From NCBI GenBank assembly GCA_951406725.2, contig OX597831.1, positions 124,001 to 188,000 of the forward strand: 64,000 nucleotides of DNA. Reading direction: 5' to 3'. How positions within the stretch are numbered: the stretch's first letter is position 1; every line of letters begins with the position of its first letter. The position numbers and the translations under genes are program-made. The stretch is from Octopus vulgaris. Lineage: Eukaryota. The notes beneath the pieces are model-generated. The model was not told the DNA's origin and searched no databases. It saw only the letters and a program-made list of their open reading frames with translations. Below are positions 36,762 to 51,046 of this stretch, piece after piece.

Positions 36762-37661
36762 ATGGAAAATTTAACTAAGCCAAACATCCCTGATACAAGA
36801 GAGAAGTCCCATCACTGTGATATCTGTGGTAAGTCATTCTCTGAAAAAAGAGTCTTAACCAAACACAAAGGCATTCATACAGGAGAGAAACCCCATCACT
36901 GTGATGTTTGTGGTAAATCGTTCTCTCAAAGTGGTCACTTGACCAGTCACGTGCGTACGCATACAGGAGAGAAGCCATATCATTGCGATATCTGTGGTAA
37001 ATCATTCTCCCGTAGTAGTCACTTGATTAGTCACAATCGTATTCATACTGGGGAAAAACCATATCACTGTGATACCTGTGGTAAATCATTTTCTCAAAAT
37101 AACACTTTGATTAATCACAAACGTGTTCATACAGGAGAGAAGCCATATCGTTGTGACGTCTGTGGTAAATCGTTTTCTGAAAATAGTAAATTGACTAATC
37201 ACAAACGTGTTCATACTGGGGAAAAACCATATCAGTGTGATATCTGTGGTAAATCATTTTCTGAAAATAGTACTTTAACCACTCACAATCGTATTCATAC
37301 TGGGGAAAAACCATATCAGTGTGATATCTGTGGTAAATCATTTTCTGAAAATAGTACTTTAACTAGTCACAAGCGTATTCATACAGGAGAGAAGCCATAT
37401 CATTGTGACATCTGTGGTAAATCTTTCTCTCAAAGTGGTGACTTGACTAAACACAAACGTACACATACTGGAGAGAAGCCATATCAGTGTGATATCTGTG
37501 GTAAATCATTCTCTGGAAGTGGTGCCTTGCTTAAACACAAACGTACACACACAGGAGAGAAATCGTTTCATTGTAATATCTGTGGTAAATCATTCTCCAG
37601 AAATTGTCATATGACTAGTCACAAACGTATTCATATGGGGGAAAAAACCCTATCGGTGTGA
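36762..37661 (+). CDS. Tandem C2H2 zinc-finger protein ZNF-A (10 fingers, no effector domain); 3 further fingers out of frame to 37899
   Basis: Repeated CDICGKSFS......HKRxHTGEKPY; extra A in the run 37642-37647. Confidence 0.9.
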   Translation: MENLTKPNIPDTREKSHHCDICGKSFSEKRVLTKHKGIHTGEKPHHCDVCGKSFSQSGHLTSHVRTHTGEKPYHCDICGKSFSRSSHLISHNRIHTGEKPYHCDTCGKSFSQNNTLINHKRVHTGEKPYRCDVCGKSFSENSKLTNHKRVHTGEKPYQCDICGKSFSENSTLTTHNRIHTGEKPYQCDICGKSFSENSTLTSHKRIHTGEKPYHCDICGKSFSQSGDLTKHKRTHTGEKPYQCDICGKSFSGSGALLKHKRTHTGEKSFHCNICGKSFSRNCHMTSHKRIHMGEKTLSV

Positions 37662-38341
37662 TATCTGTGGTATATCCTTTTCTGAAAATGATACATTAAC
37701 TAGTCACAAGCATACACATACAGGAGAGAAGCCATATCATTGTAATATCCGCGGTAAATCATTCTCTAGAAATAGTCAATTGACTAGTCACAAACATATA
37801 CATACTGAGGGAAAACCATATCATTGTAATATCTGTGGTGAATCATTCTTTGAAAAAGGCCTCTTAAGTACACATGTGAGTATTCATACACAAGTGTAAC
37901 CTGTATCAGTATTAAAATTTAATTAAACATGACAACAATTATGAATATTTTGTCTGCTAAAAGCCAGGGTTTATTCCTCTTCAAGCTTAACATTATCAAC
38001 TTCAGTTTCTTGGATGTCAACATGAAATTCATGAATCACAACTTCCATATCATTTATATGTCTAAATATATCAACACAGAGATGACTTTGATTTCTAAAG
38101 ATGATTGTGCTGGATTTTTGAGGAATTTGTTATAAGAGAATAAAGGAATGGGAATAAGGAATAAAAGTTTTAAGTGACATTGATTTTGCCGTTGTTATGT
38201 TTTCATCATCATCATAATCATCCTTTAACATTCATTTTTATGCAGGTATGGGTGGGAAAGTGTGACAGGAGCCATCAAACCAGAGTGCTCCTCCCGGTTC
38301 CAGTCAGATTTGGCTTGGTTTCTTTGGCTGTATGCCCTTAA

Positions 38342-38551
38342 CCCTTTTGTTACTAACCCGGCTCTGGCTCTGTGATAAAATGTCTTGTTTTCATAAGTTT
38401 TGAATTAAAATATTCCACCAAGCCTTAGTCACAATTTATGTTCCAAACACTAGCTTAATGATAACTAAGTTATTTTACAAAATTCTTTGTTATATTTAAA
38501 ATGATTGAAAGAAGCACAGAGCATCTCAAAATAAATACAGTAATAAAAGGG
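38342..38551. mobile_element. piggyBac-like MITE (relative at 45562-45709, nested in a Tc1-type MITE ~45508-45810)
   Basis: TTAA TSD, cccttttgttact / agtaataaaaggg termini. Confidence 0.85.
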
Positions 38552-38769
38552 TTAAGATGCGTGGCGTATTTTATAAATATGCCTGTCCCACTATCATAAT
38601 AGCATGAAACTAATAGTAGCTCTTTCAGTCGTGTATTTAATTTGATATATTAGATTGAGTAAAAAGTAAGCAACGTTTTGAATCATGAAGAATTTGTACC
38701 AGGTTTTTGCAGAGTTTTGAATTTTTTTAAACATCTTTTTGAAATTGTCTGATAATACAAACACAGCCT

Positions 38770-40312
38770 TGTCCAAATGCACTAATAAATTAACATTTGT
38801 ATTTTTTTTCACTGTTACAATCATCTGAAATGGAACTGTGAAAGAGCGATAACCGAGCATTATGTTATTCAACTTCTAAAAGGGACATAAAGCAGCTGAA
38901 ACTACTTTCAATATCAACGAAACATTTGGTGAGGAAATGAGCAGTGAGTGGTCAGGTTGAAAATGGCTTAAACGATTTCACAGTGGAGACCTGAGCCATA
39001 AAGATCGTGAGCATAGTGGACGCTCATCTGTTATCAATTAAAGACTGTCATTGGGAGAGATCCACGTGGAACCACTCAAGGACTGGGAAAAGAACTACAA
39101 GGTAGAAAACTACCTGCAACCATTTGCATGCAATTGAAAAATCAAAAAGCTTGACAAATGGATATCACACGGTTTGAATGAAAATCAGAAAATGCATAGA
39201 TAAGAAATTGCTCATTACTTCTTCTCTGTAACCAGGCTGATCTATTTCTCGACCATATTGTAACTTGTGATGAAAGGTGGATTCTGTACAATAATAAAAA
39301 ATGGGATATTTTCGGTTTGAACGGCAGTTTTTTCTAGCGTTGTCATATGAAATTGTCACCCATAATTATGACCCTAGTATCGATCTATTGCATTTCAATC
39401 TCATTTAGGGAAGGGTATCTTTTTTTTCTTCACAAATGTAAATAAACCCAATCTGTTTCTTAAACGAGGGACATATTCATAAGGCACAGAATGTTTTTTT
39501 TACCTCAATAGACGTCAGTGATTGGTTGAAATTGAAGAAAAAAAACAACAAATATCTTACAAACTATAGAATTTTCTCAATAAAGCCAAGAGAAAAAGGT
39601 GTTTTATAAACACATTCTACCAGTATACAAAGTTTAAAATTTTCTAGTTACCTAGAAATTATGTTAAAAACTGCCGTTCAAACCAAAAAGATCCAAAAAA
39701 TGTTCTTCACAGTGATTGGACCAAAATGAAGCACCGAAAGCCTTCCCTGTATCTGAGCTCTTCAAAAAGGTTCTGGTGACAATTTGGTGGTGTACTGCTG
39801 GACTCATCCACTATAACTTCATAAAACCCAGAAAAAACCAATACTACAGAAACATATTGTCATGGAATTGCCAAAATGAATGAAAAACTGCTACTCCTCC
39901 ATCCTGAACAGGTCAACAGAAGCGGGCCAATCATTCTTCATGACAATGTTTGACCACACGTTTCACTAATAATGCTCCAGAAGTTGAGGGAACTTGGCTA
40001 CGCAGTTCTTCCCCACCCAGCTTATTCCCCAGACCTTTCTCCTACCGACTACCACTTTTTCAAGCACCTTGATGATTTCCTGTGGGAGCAGGAGTTCAAA
40101 AATCAAACCGATGCTGAAAGTGCATTCAAAGAATTCATCAACTTTAGAAGTCCAGATTTTTATATTACCAGAATAAACAAACTTGTAACTTGTTGGCAAA
40201 AATGTGTTGATTGTAATGATAATTTCTTCGATGAATAGAATTTTCGCCATATTGAAATATATTATGATGAATTTCATGTTTAGAAACATTGCTTGCTTTT
40301 CACTCAACCTGA
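38770..40312 (+). mobile_element. Decayed mariner (DD34D) element
   Basis: KGHKAAETTFNINETFG.., IVTCDERWILYNN, ILHDN..PH, HPAYSPDLSPTDYHFF; many stops and frameshifts. Confidence 0.9.
39304..39694. mobile_element. Merlin-like MITE inserted in the mariner transposase
   Basis: GG-starting ~29-bp TIRs (ggat.ttttcggtttgaacggcagttttt); 8-bp TSD aaaaaatg. Relatives at 54800-55057 and 59476-60209. Confidence 0.8.
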
Positions 40313-40319
40313 ACACGAT

Positions 40320-40480
40320 GTCAGTCTGATAACTAAAATAAGTGTATACAAATCTTGAATTTTGAGCATATTTTTGTATGGGGCAGAAGCATGGACTACC
40401 TTTTGCAGACAAATAAGGAAATTTGAAACTTTTCGCATGGGTTGCTTGCTCAACATATACAACAAAATGGTAAGATATCA
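40320..40480 (+). mobile_element. RTE LINE C-terminal fragment
   Basis: VYKS*ILSIFLYGAEAWT..RQIRKFETFRMGCL. Confidence 0.7.
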
Positions 40481-40485
40481 AATAA

Positions 40486-40671
40486 GGCGACGAGCTGGCA
40501 GAATCGCTAGCACGCCGGGCGAAATGCTTAGCGGTATTTCGTCTGCCATTACGTTCTGAGTTCAAATTCCACCAAAGTCGACTTTCATCCTTTCGGGGTC
40601 GATAAATTAAGTACCAGTTATGCACTGGGGTCGATGTAATTGACTTAATCCGTTTGTCTGTCCTTGTTTGC
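40486..40671 (+). mobile_element. SINE family B
   Basis: Homology to family B. Confidence 0.9.
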
Positions 40672-40819
40672 CGGACAGGAAATAGAGAATTATTTACTCA
40701 TAAAATCTCTACAGCTTGATTTGTGTTCGTTTTGTTACTCTTTATCTAGAAACTGTCTCCTCTATACCTTAAATCTCTGAACTGGCACAATGACACACCT
40801 GTTCAATAGTAACTGTTGC

Positions 40820-41815
40820 TGTTGTTGCTACACCCTAGCATAGCTAGGTGATATCCTCACTGTTTGAGAGATATATTAGAAATGATCTCATGTTAGATAG
40901 CAACCATCTTTGGCTATTTTGACCCTGTTGTGTCCACTGCTCTGATTGGTTGAAAGTGTCTTGACTTATTTTGTACCAGTATGTAAGCCAACCAAACACG
41001 GCCTTCGGATAAGGTCCCATGACAGTGTTTTGGGGATTTCACTGGAGCCCGCCTCAGGTTATTGAAGGTGCCAGCAAATCACTATCTTTCATCTTAGGTT
41101 CTAGTCCTTCTCAGAACTAACCTCTGACCACAGAGCGACTCGGCCAGTTCCATGTTCCAGTGGCAACCAGACCAGCTAGTTCCAGCGACCCAGCCATGTT
41201 CCTGCTGCTGCAGCACCAATGCCGTCATCTCAACCATCACCATTCTCCATCTCCAGCAACACTAATACATACACAGCAACTCGCTCAGGTTTAGCTTATA
41301 CGTTGTTGTGATATTCACCGAGGTTAACAGCCCAGCACTACCTGCAAGATCTTCTGTATCAATGTAACTTGGCACAGCATCGAAGCCACAACTGCTACAC
41401 GACATGTGTTCAACCGGCATTCTGCCTTGTGACCCCAATATCCTGTTACAGAACTATTACTATTGTGTAACCTTATTACGAACTGGTAAATTAACTCCAT
41501 CTTGTCTGAAATATCCTGAGAAACTCATTTTCTATGCTCTGTATTCTGTCATACCTACATACACTTGTGTTTGCACTTAAGTTCAGGCTTACAACGAACA
41601 CACAGACACAAACACTTGTTGCACGCACTGTTCTTATACTACAGCGTACGCACAGACACATGTGCACGCACTCAGACACGACACTGTGCTAGCACCCATA
41701 CTTTATCCTACTGTACACATCTGTAAATAAAGTCTTCTCTCTCAAACAGTAGAACGGTTGTCATCCTCATTATTGCTTTTGGCACTTATTCAGTTATATC
41801 ATGTATTTGGCTTGT
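40820..41815 (+). mobile_element. LTR-like element, relative of 27274-28709
   Basis: Shared blocks gctattttgaccctgttgtgtccactgctctgattggttga, tacgaactggta, aataaagtcttctct..cggttgt. Confidence 0.55.
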
Positions 41816-43026
41816 TTTGTTAGGGCGGCCGTGCGGCGTTAAAAGGAGAAATTTCTGTCACCAACTCCTTACGTGTGGTCTTACTCCCTACAAGGGTTTT
41901 GTGGCATATTAGTAAGGTCATCGGAATTCCTTCAATAAAAAAAAGAAATTCCAGTGATTCCGGGATGGGGTATAGGGGGTGCCGTTTCTTACCCAACCCA
42001 TTTTCTGAACAAAAAAAATGAGGGGTTTGCAGCATATAAGAGGTCAGGGTATTTCATTCCAGAAAAAAAAATTCGAGATTTTTGTGGGTGAAAGGGTCAA
42101 AATTGACCGCAGTGAGTAGCGCCATCTTTAGGAGAAGTCATGTAATATAATTATGTAAGGGGAAACAACTCCAGCAGCACTTGATCTTCGCGCCAATTAA
42201 ATTATTAATTGCGTTGATTAATTGCGCATCACTGACTCGTTGTTTATATCTGGATCCGGTAAGTTGATCAAGATTTCCTTTAAGGCTGTAATCATGATAA
42301 TAATACTACTAATGATAATGGAAGATAATAGATTTATGTGAACCTCTCGATGCTGGAGTAATTATTTCGAAGCGGGAACCTGACAACAATTAGGAAAATA
42401 GATTTGTCCGTCTGAAGAACTTCCAAACTGAAATGTTGATCTGTTGTTTATGGGAACCTATAATCCATTGTTACATGAGGCATAAAGGATATTAAGGTTA
42501 ATGTTGATGTTGTTACCCGGGTATAAAAGAAAAAGGTGTAGAAAAGGAATCCGAAGAGAAAAATGTGCAGAAAGTAATGAGGGTTGAGAGGCCTTCGGAA
42601 AATTGACAAGATCCGAAGTTTTTCCCTCGTAACTTTTAGGAAAATGTTTTGTTTTTTTTTTTTTGTAAATGAAATTTAATATAAATACGTTTCAAACGGT
42701 ATAGCTCACGATTACAAAGAAATTTGTGGCGAAAATCTTTTGCGATGGGGTAAGGAGAGGACTTCGGAAAATCCGATGTTTTTCCCTCGTAACTTTGAGG
42801 AAAATGGATATCTTTCTATTTCACATCCACGTAGGGAACGAATCTGAAAATAAAAATGCACTGAAAGCAACGGGGTGGGGGGAGGACTTCGGAAAATTCA
42901 CAAGATCCAAGTTTTTCCCTCGTAACTTTGAGGAAAACATAATCCTTTTGAAATAACAAATTACGCTTTTCCTCAGGAACTTGGATGCTAAACATCCTTT
43001 TGAAGGGTTCGGGTCCTTACTTCTGC

Positions 43027-43057
<31 letters not shown>

Positions 43058-43586
43058 GTATATAAATTTGACATGGGCGATTCTTTATTGTTTTGCGATT
43101 CACGATCAAACGGCTGGGTGGAATTGAACCAAAAATTACACAGATGTGTAGCATTACTTTCTAATCGTAATCTATTCCATGTGAAAGGTATTTATATAAA
43201 ATTTCATTTGAGAAAAACCCCATTTTCCTAAAAGTTAAGATCATGGTCTGCACCCCCTTTGGGATTTCGTTTTTTTGGGGTTTTTTTCTGGAGGAACACT
43301 GTATATCGATGGTGGAGATTACACAATCTGCATTTCAAAACCTAACCACGCCCTTCAATTTCTTAAATTTTCCCAATATTTAGCCAAAAAATTTGTTTTT
43401 GAAAGTGAAAATTTAAGAAATGGGGTTGAGGGGTAAAATTTGGAAATGCTGTTTTGTTTTTTTGTTTTTTTGTTTTTTTTGGCAGATTTGGAATCTCCAC
43501 CATGGATACTGTTGTCCAGTAGAAAAAAAAATCCCAAAGGGGGGGCGGTGCATGATCTTTGCCTCCACTATAATTTGTACTTTGAA

Positions 43587-43804
43587 GGCGGCGAGCTGGC
43601 AGAAACGTTAGCACGCCGGGCGAAATGCGTTGCCGTATTTCGTCTGCTGTTACGTTCCGCCAAGGTCGACTTTGCCTTTCATCCTTCCGGGGTCGATAAA
43701 TTAAGTACCAGTTACGCACTGGGGTCGATGTAATCGACTTAATCCCTTTGTCTGTCCTTGTTTGTCTCCTCTGTGTTTAGCCCCTTGTGGGTAGTAAAGA
43801 AATA
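43587..43804 (+). mobile_element. SINE family B
   Basis: 18-bp TSD tataatttgtactttgaa (43569-86, 43805-22). Confidence 0.95.
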
Positions 43805-44134
43805 TATAATTTGTACTTTGAAATTAAAGATGTATGGGGCACTACCCACGGACTATAGAGCCTTTAGTGTGGCCAAGTCTGCAACCTGGTCCACAGAGAA
43901 GAGACTTCGAGTCAGGTAGGGAGGAGTCTGGGGACGTAAACGATCCTACTTGCCTTCACCGCGTGTGGCTAATGGAAGTGAAGTAAGCAATACACACACT
44001 CTTTCCCCCTGATTATTTTTATGTATAGCTTATGAGGTACATGCAATCAATTAGACTTATACTGGATGGTTTCTGTGTTGAAGCTCCTAGGAGCTTGTTC
44101 ACAGGTCCTTTTCCACTAGTAAAATTAATTTATC

Positions 44135-45126
44135 AGCCAGCCTCGCCTGGCCCCCGTGCCGGTGACACGTAAAAGCACCATCCGTTCGTGTCCGTTGCCA
44201 GCCTCGCCTGGCCCCTGTGCCAGTGACACGTAAAAGCACCATCCATTCGTGGCTGTTTGCCAGCTCTGTCTGGCAGCTGTGCGGGTGGCACGTAAAAAGC
44301 ACCCACTACACTCACGGAGTGGTTGGCATTAGGAAGGGCATCCAGCCGTAGAAACACTGCCAAATCTGACTGGGCCTGATGAAGCCTTCCAGCTTCACAG
44401 ACCCCAGTTGAACCGTCCAACCCATGCTAGCATGGAAAACGGACGCTAGATGATGATGTGCGGTACAACTCTTCGACAGTTGTAGCTAATAGTAACAGAC
44501 AGGGTCAAATTTTGCAGGTCACTCCCTCCAATGTGCATCAAGCCTGTTCTTGAAGGCATTGACTGATGGAGCTGCAACCACAGGCGTTTGGCAGACTGTT
44601 CCAGGTGGAGGTCACACCCTTCACGAAAAAGCAGCTTCTAATGTTGAGCCTGCAGTGTGATCTTTCCAATTTCAGGCTGTGTCCTCTCGTATTTCTGCCT
44701 TGGAAGTTGTTGAATTGGGTGCGGTTGGTCAGGTACAGGCCGTGCGTATACATATACATGTCATCGACTTGTCAAGATTCATTCGTTGGTCCCCCTTTTG
44801 TTATAGCACATGCTGTCAACTATAAACACATGAAATATTATCACTAATAATACTTTCTTGATACACATCCCCGACTGGCCTCCGTGTCGGTGGCACGTAA
44901 AAAGCACCATCCGTTTGTGGCCATTGCCAGCCTCGCCTGGCACCTGTGCGGGTGGCACGTAAAAAGCACCCACTACACTCACGGAGTGGTTGGTGTTAGG
45001 AAGGGCATCCAGCCGTAGAAACACTGCCAGATCAGACTGGGCCTGATGCAGCCTCTGCCTTCACAGACCCCAGTTGAACCGTCCAACCCATGCTAGCATG
45101 GAAAGCGGACGCTAAGTGATGATGAT
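44135..45126 (+). mobile_element. Two 5'-truncated SINE family D copies (44135-44458, 44870-45126)
   Basis: Internal ~61-bp repeats and (GAT)n tails. Other copies at 50006-50230 -, 50343-50485 +, 51977-52203 -, 55205-55522 +. Confidence 0.85.
44460..44770 (-). mobile_element. CR1 LINE 3' fragment
   Basis: NTRGHSLKLERSHCRLNIRSCFF..VTSTWNSLP C-terminal CR1 signature. Confidence 0.85.
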
Positions 45127-46387
45127 GTATGTGTGTGGAATGTAGATAATAAAAATCAATGTCGCAGTTTAAACTTGAGAAAAGCTTTGCATATTTATAA
45201 TGTGCAAGTTATATATATATGTGTGCATTTTCGTGTGTGTATGCGGCTAGGGTTCCTTCTTAAGTGCTTCATTTGTGTATGTAAATTTCTAAGAAGAAAA
45301 CGACATCGTTGTCACAAAAGCCATATTAATGATGATATTTCGTTAATTTACAGTTCAGAGCACCTGCTGTCAACCTCACTAAAACTAACAAACGAATCTT
45401 GATGAGTCTGAGACTCAAAAACGATTAAATGCAGCTTAAGTACAGAGGAACGAGATGCTGTTAAGCATTTTGTCTGACAAGCAAATGATTCTTCTTGTAA
45501 ATAATACATGGTTGACCAGAATCCATGACTCACTTGTTCATTAAATTCTTTTCTATATTAACCCTTTTGTTACTGTATTTATTTTGAGATGCTCTCAGAA
45601 CATAAACTGTGATTAAGTTTTGGTGTAAGATTTTAATTCGAAATTTATGAAAACAGGACATTTGTACTCAGAGCCAGAGCTGGTTTCAGCCAGGTTGGTA
45701 ACAAAAGGGTTAATACACTTATTAAGAAATAAAATAGTCAATTTAAATAATAAAAGAAGCATGCTAGAAAAGATGACTAAAATTGAGTCATGAATTCTGG
45801 TCCACCCTGTAGGATTTTATGAACCCTTCGAAGTTACAGTAATCACATAGAAGGGAAAACATAGAAACATTGAGAAAATATGCTTCCTCGTCTTGGATAT
45901 CTCAAACATTGATTTTCTTTAAAGGTATGAGGAAACGAATTTAGGGTGTAACACACATTTATGTCGTTATGCCATTCTTTCAATGCCTCAATGAACTCCG
46001 ACCCCTAAAAACATTTAATCGATGACAGTGTTCATGTTGTAAAATTTGCAACATTGAATTAGCGTATCATTTCACTATTCTTTTTATCTTAATGTTTCTT
46101 TTCCTATTTCAGAATATCACCTTATGTTGACCCACAAGAAACTTCTTCATTCAGATGTGCCTTTCATATTTTTACGTCGTTTCATCAACTAAAGCAAGAT
46201 GACATAATTTATCAGCAGCATTCATCAATACATCAAAATTTATATGAATACAATCTAAGAATACAATATTTTTCTTGTCTTCACTGTTTGGAATGTAGAG
46301 GAAGTGATTGCCTTACAGTTTAATTAAGGTTGGATAACTTTACAAACGAGTTGACAATTTCCACCTGCTGATTTAGATATTAAGTAA

Positions 46388-47753
<1,366 letters not shown>

Positions 47754-48467
47754 CACCTGCGAATGTACATATTCATACCACACAAAATCTACATCATGGT
47801 CAAATCTGTTGTAAATCATTCTCTCATAGATCTAACTTAACTGTAAATGAATGCATTCCTACAGGAGAGAAGCTATGTCAGAGTAACATCTGTGCTAAAC
47901 CATTCTCTTGAAAAAAGCTACATCCATACACCTGGGTATTCACAACAATTGTAACTGTACCAATGTCAGGATTTATTAAAACATTACAACAATTAAGTCT
48001 GTTTTGCCAGCTGTAATGCAGGGTTTTTCCCATCATCAATTTTGATGTCATCAATTTGAATACCGTCAGTGTGAATCTCAAATCTGTCATCATCTGTCAA
48101 AATATTGACTCTGAGTTAACTTGATTGCTAAAAATGCCTGTGTTTGGATTTTGAGGAATTTGCTAGAAAAGAATAATGAATAAAAAATCAGAATAAAAGT
48201 TAGACCATTTTGTGTTTGTTTTGTTACTCATTATCTAGACACTGTCTCCTCTATACCTTAAATCTCTCAACTGGCACAATGGCACACCCGTTCAATAGTA
48301 ACTGCCCACCTCCCTGTTGTGGGATTTTTTGTCAGCTGGGGATTTGGTGACCCTTTTGGCGCTGATGTTACGTGTCCTTACATACTGTTAAAGTGCTGCT
48401 ATTAACAGTGTATTATTCAAATTCCTTGTTTCTATTGGCTCCTGTAATTTATATGTAATCTTTTAGT

Positions 48468-49102
48468 CTTTTATTCTTTGACGTATTTCAGTCATTTGAC
48501 TGAGGCTATGCTGGAGCATCATCTCCAAGGGTGTCAGTGGCAGAAATCGACCCCAAGACTTAGTCTTTGTAAGTCCAGTACTGATTTTTTCGTTGACTTT
48601 TGCTAAACCGCAGTTACAGGGACATAAACACACCAGTACCAATGATTAAGCGCATGGCAGGTGGACAAAAAAAGACACAGACACATACCCAAATACACAT
48701 AGATATACACTTATATACTCTCTTTATTCTTTTACTTGTTTCAGTCATTTGACTGCGGCCATGCTGGAGCACCGCCTTTAGTCGAGCAACTCGACCCTGG
48801 GACTTATTCTTTGTAAGCCCAGTACTTATTCTATCAGTCTCTTTTGCCGAACTGCTAAGTGACGGGGACATAAACACACCAGCGTCGGTTGTCAGGCAAT
48901 GCTACGGGGACAAACACAGACACACAAACATACATATATACGACGGGCTTCTTTCAGTTTCCATCTACCAAATCCACTCACAAGGCTTTGTTCAGCCCGA
49001 GGCTATAGTAGAAGACATTTGCCCAAGGTGCCACGCAGTGGGACTGAACCCCAAACCATGTGGTTGGTAACCAAGCTACTTACCACACAGCCACTCCTGT
49101 GC
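48468..49102 (-). mobile_element. SINE family A tail (48468-48690) and full copy (48720-49102)
   Basis: Homology to family A. Confidence 0.9.
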
Positions 49103-49149
49103 CTATATATATATCTATACATTTATATATATATATATGTAGTAGCCTA

Positions 49150-49612
49150 AGGTCGAGTTGAGCTGGCAGAAACATTAGCACCCCGGGGAAATGTATAGTG
49201 GTATTTCATCTGGTGTTGCGTTCTGAATTCAAATTCCACCGAAGTCGACTTTGCCTTTCATCCTGTTTGGGTCGATAAATTAAGTACCTATTTCTTTATT
49301 ACCCACAAGGGGCTAAACACAGAGGGGACAGACATAGGTATTACGTCGATTACACCGACCCCAGTGCGTAACTGGTACTTAATTTATCGACCCCGAAAGA
49401 ATGAAAAGCAAAGTCGACCTCGGCGGAATTTGAACTCACAACGTAACGCAGACGAAATACCGCTAAGCATTTCGCCCGGCGTACTAACGTTTCTGCCAGC
49501 TCGCCGCCTTAAATTAAGTACCAGTTACTCACTGGGGTTGATGTAGTCGACTTAATCCCTGTCCTTGTTTGTTCCTGTCTGTGTTTAGCCCCTTGTGGGC
49601 AATAAAGAAATA
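49150..49612 (+). mobile_element. SINE family B with a second B copy (49289-49509, -) nested antisense
   Basis: 13-bp TSD taaattaagtacc (49276-88, 49510-22). Confidence 0.9.
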
Positions 49613-50491
49613 AAAAATCAACCCCAAGACAGGGACATAAACACACCAGTACCAGGTGTTAAGCGATGGCAGGTGGAAAAACATAGATACACACACATTT
49701 ATACACGTACCCAAATACATACATGCATACACACACACACACACAAACACATATATAGTGGCCTAAGTACCCAATGTTGCTCGGAATTTAAAGGAATGTT
49801 ACCCCTTTTGATACCAACCCAGCTGACACCCCCTCTGACTCTGCTGTACAAATGTCACGTTTTCATAAGTTTTGAATTTAAATTTTGCACCAAAACTCAT
49901 TCACAGTTTATGACCCTGAAACTAGGTTAATCACCAAGTTATTTTATGAAGCTGTTTGTTATAATTATAATGAATTAGATGACACACAGAACATCTCTAC
50001 AGAATTCATCATCATCATCGTTTAACGTCTGCTTTCCATGCTAGCATGGGTTGGACGATTTTGACTGAGGGCTGGCATAACAGATGGCTGCACTAGGCTT
50101 CAATCTTGATCTGGCAGAGTTTCTACAGCTTGATGCCCTTCCTAATGCCAACCACTCTGAGAATGTAGTGGGTGCTTTTACGTGCAACTGGCACGGGGCC
50201 ATTCAGGCAGTACTGGCAACGACCTCGCTTGAATCTTCTAATTATGGTAACAAAAGTCTTAAAGGAAATTAATGTATTTATTCTGATATATTTTCAGAAC
50301 AATTCTATCAGTTTTGTAGAACTTCCAAATTTACAATGTTTTCAGCACCCACTACGTTCTTGGAGTGGTTGGTGTTAGGAATGGCATCCAGATTGCAGCC
50401 TGGTTCAGCTTCGTGAGTTGCCAGTCCTCAGTTGAACCGTCTAACCCATAGAAAACAGGTGTTAAATGATGATGATGATGATGATATCATA

Positions 50492-51046
50492 CAGGGTCAG
50501 GCAAAATGATCGGTCACATTTGTAGGTTAAATAAAAGGCATTGTTTTTCGTTTCTTTTTCAGTTGCTGCCATGAATTGGACTGGTGAGCATCGCGCTTTC
50601 ATTGTGGAAACATTTATCAAAACAAACAATTCTGTAACTGCAATACAAAGAGCGTTCCGTTTGCACTTCAATCTTGGTAGAGATGATCCCGTACCAGCTC
50701 GAAACACGATCTTGTTATGGGTTACCAACTTCAGAGCTACTGTATCTGCATTGAAACGAAAATCAACCGGCCGACCTCGCACCGCCAGAACTTAAAGATG
50801 CAATTTGTCAAGAAATTACTGCCATTCCACATGAAATGACCCACCGAGTTATTGACAACTTTCGTGAACGCCTTCGACAGTGTGTGGACAATAATGGATC
50901 CCATTTGACTGATTTCATTTTTAAAACATAATGAAACAAAATGGCATTATATGTACTTTTCAAAAATAAAAACACTTTTTTGTTTCTTTACCTCATTTGC
51001 CTTTTATTTAACCTACAAATGTGTCAGATCATTTTGCCTGACCCTG
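50492..51046 (+). mobile_element. Internally deleted rosa/DD41D-like Tc1/mariner element
   Basis: TA TSD, ~49-bp TIRs cagggtcaggcaaaatgatc..; N-terminus MNWTGEHRAFIVETF..STGRPRTAR fused to the C-terminus ELKDAICQEITAIP..RLRQCVDNNGSHL. Confidence 0.9.

Noticed and set aside
37638-37650. Programmed frameshift at GGGGAAAAAA to read the last three ZNF-A fingers
   Set aside because: A +1 shift is needed, there is no in-frame X XXY YYZ heptamer, and the downstream fingers are decaying; a plain indel or homopolymer error is simpler.
43900-43985. Possible HDV-like ribozyme (..gtgtggctaatggaagt)
   Set aside because: Could not build P1/P3/P1.1 pairing by eye.
44135-44275. Regularly spaced repeats resembling a CRISPR array (also 24022-24157, 15069-15210)
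   Set aside because: Tandem units without unique spacers, inside eukaryotic transposons; no cas genes.
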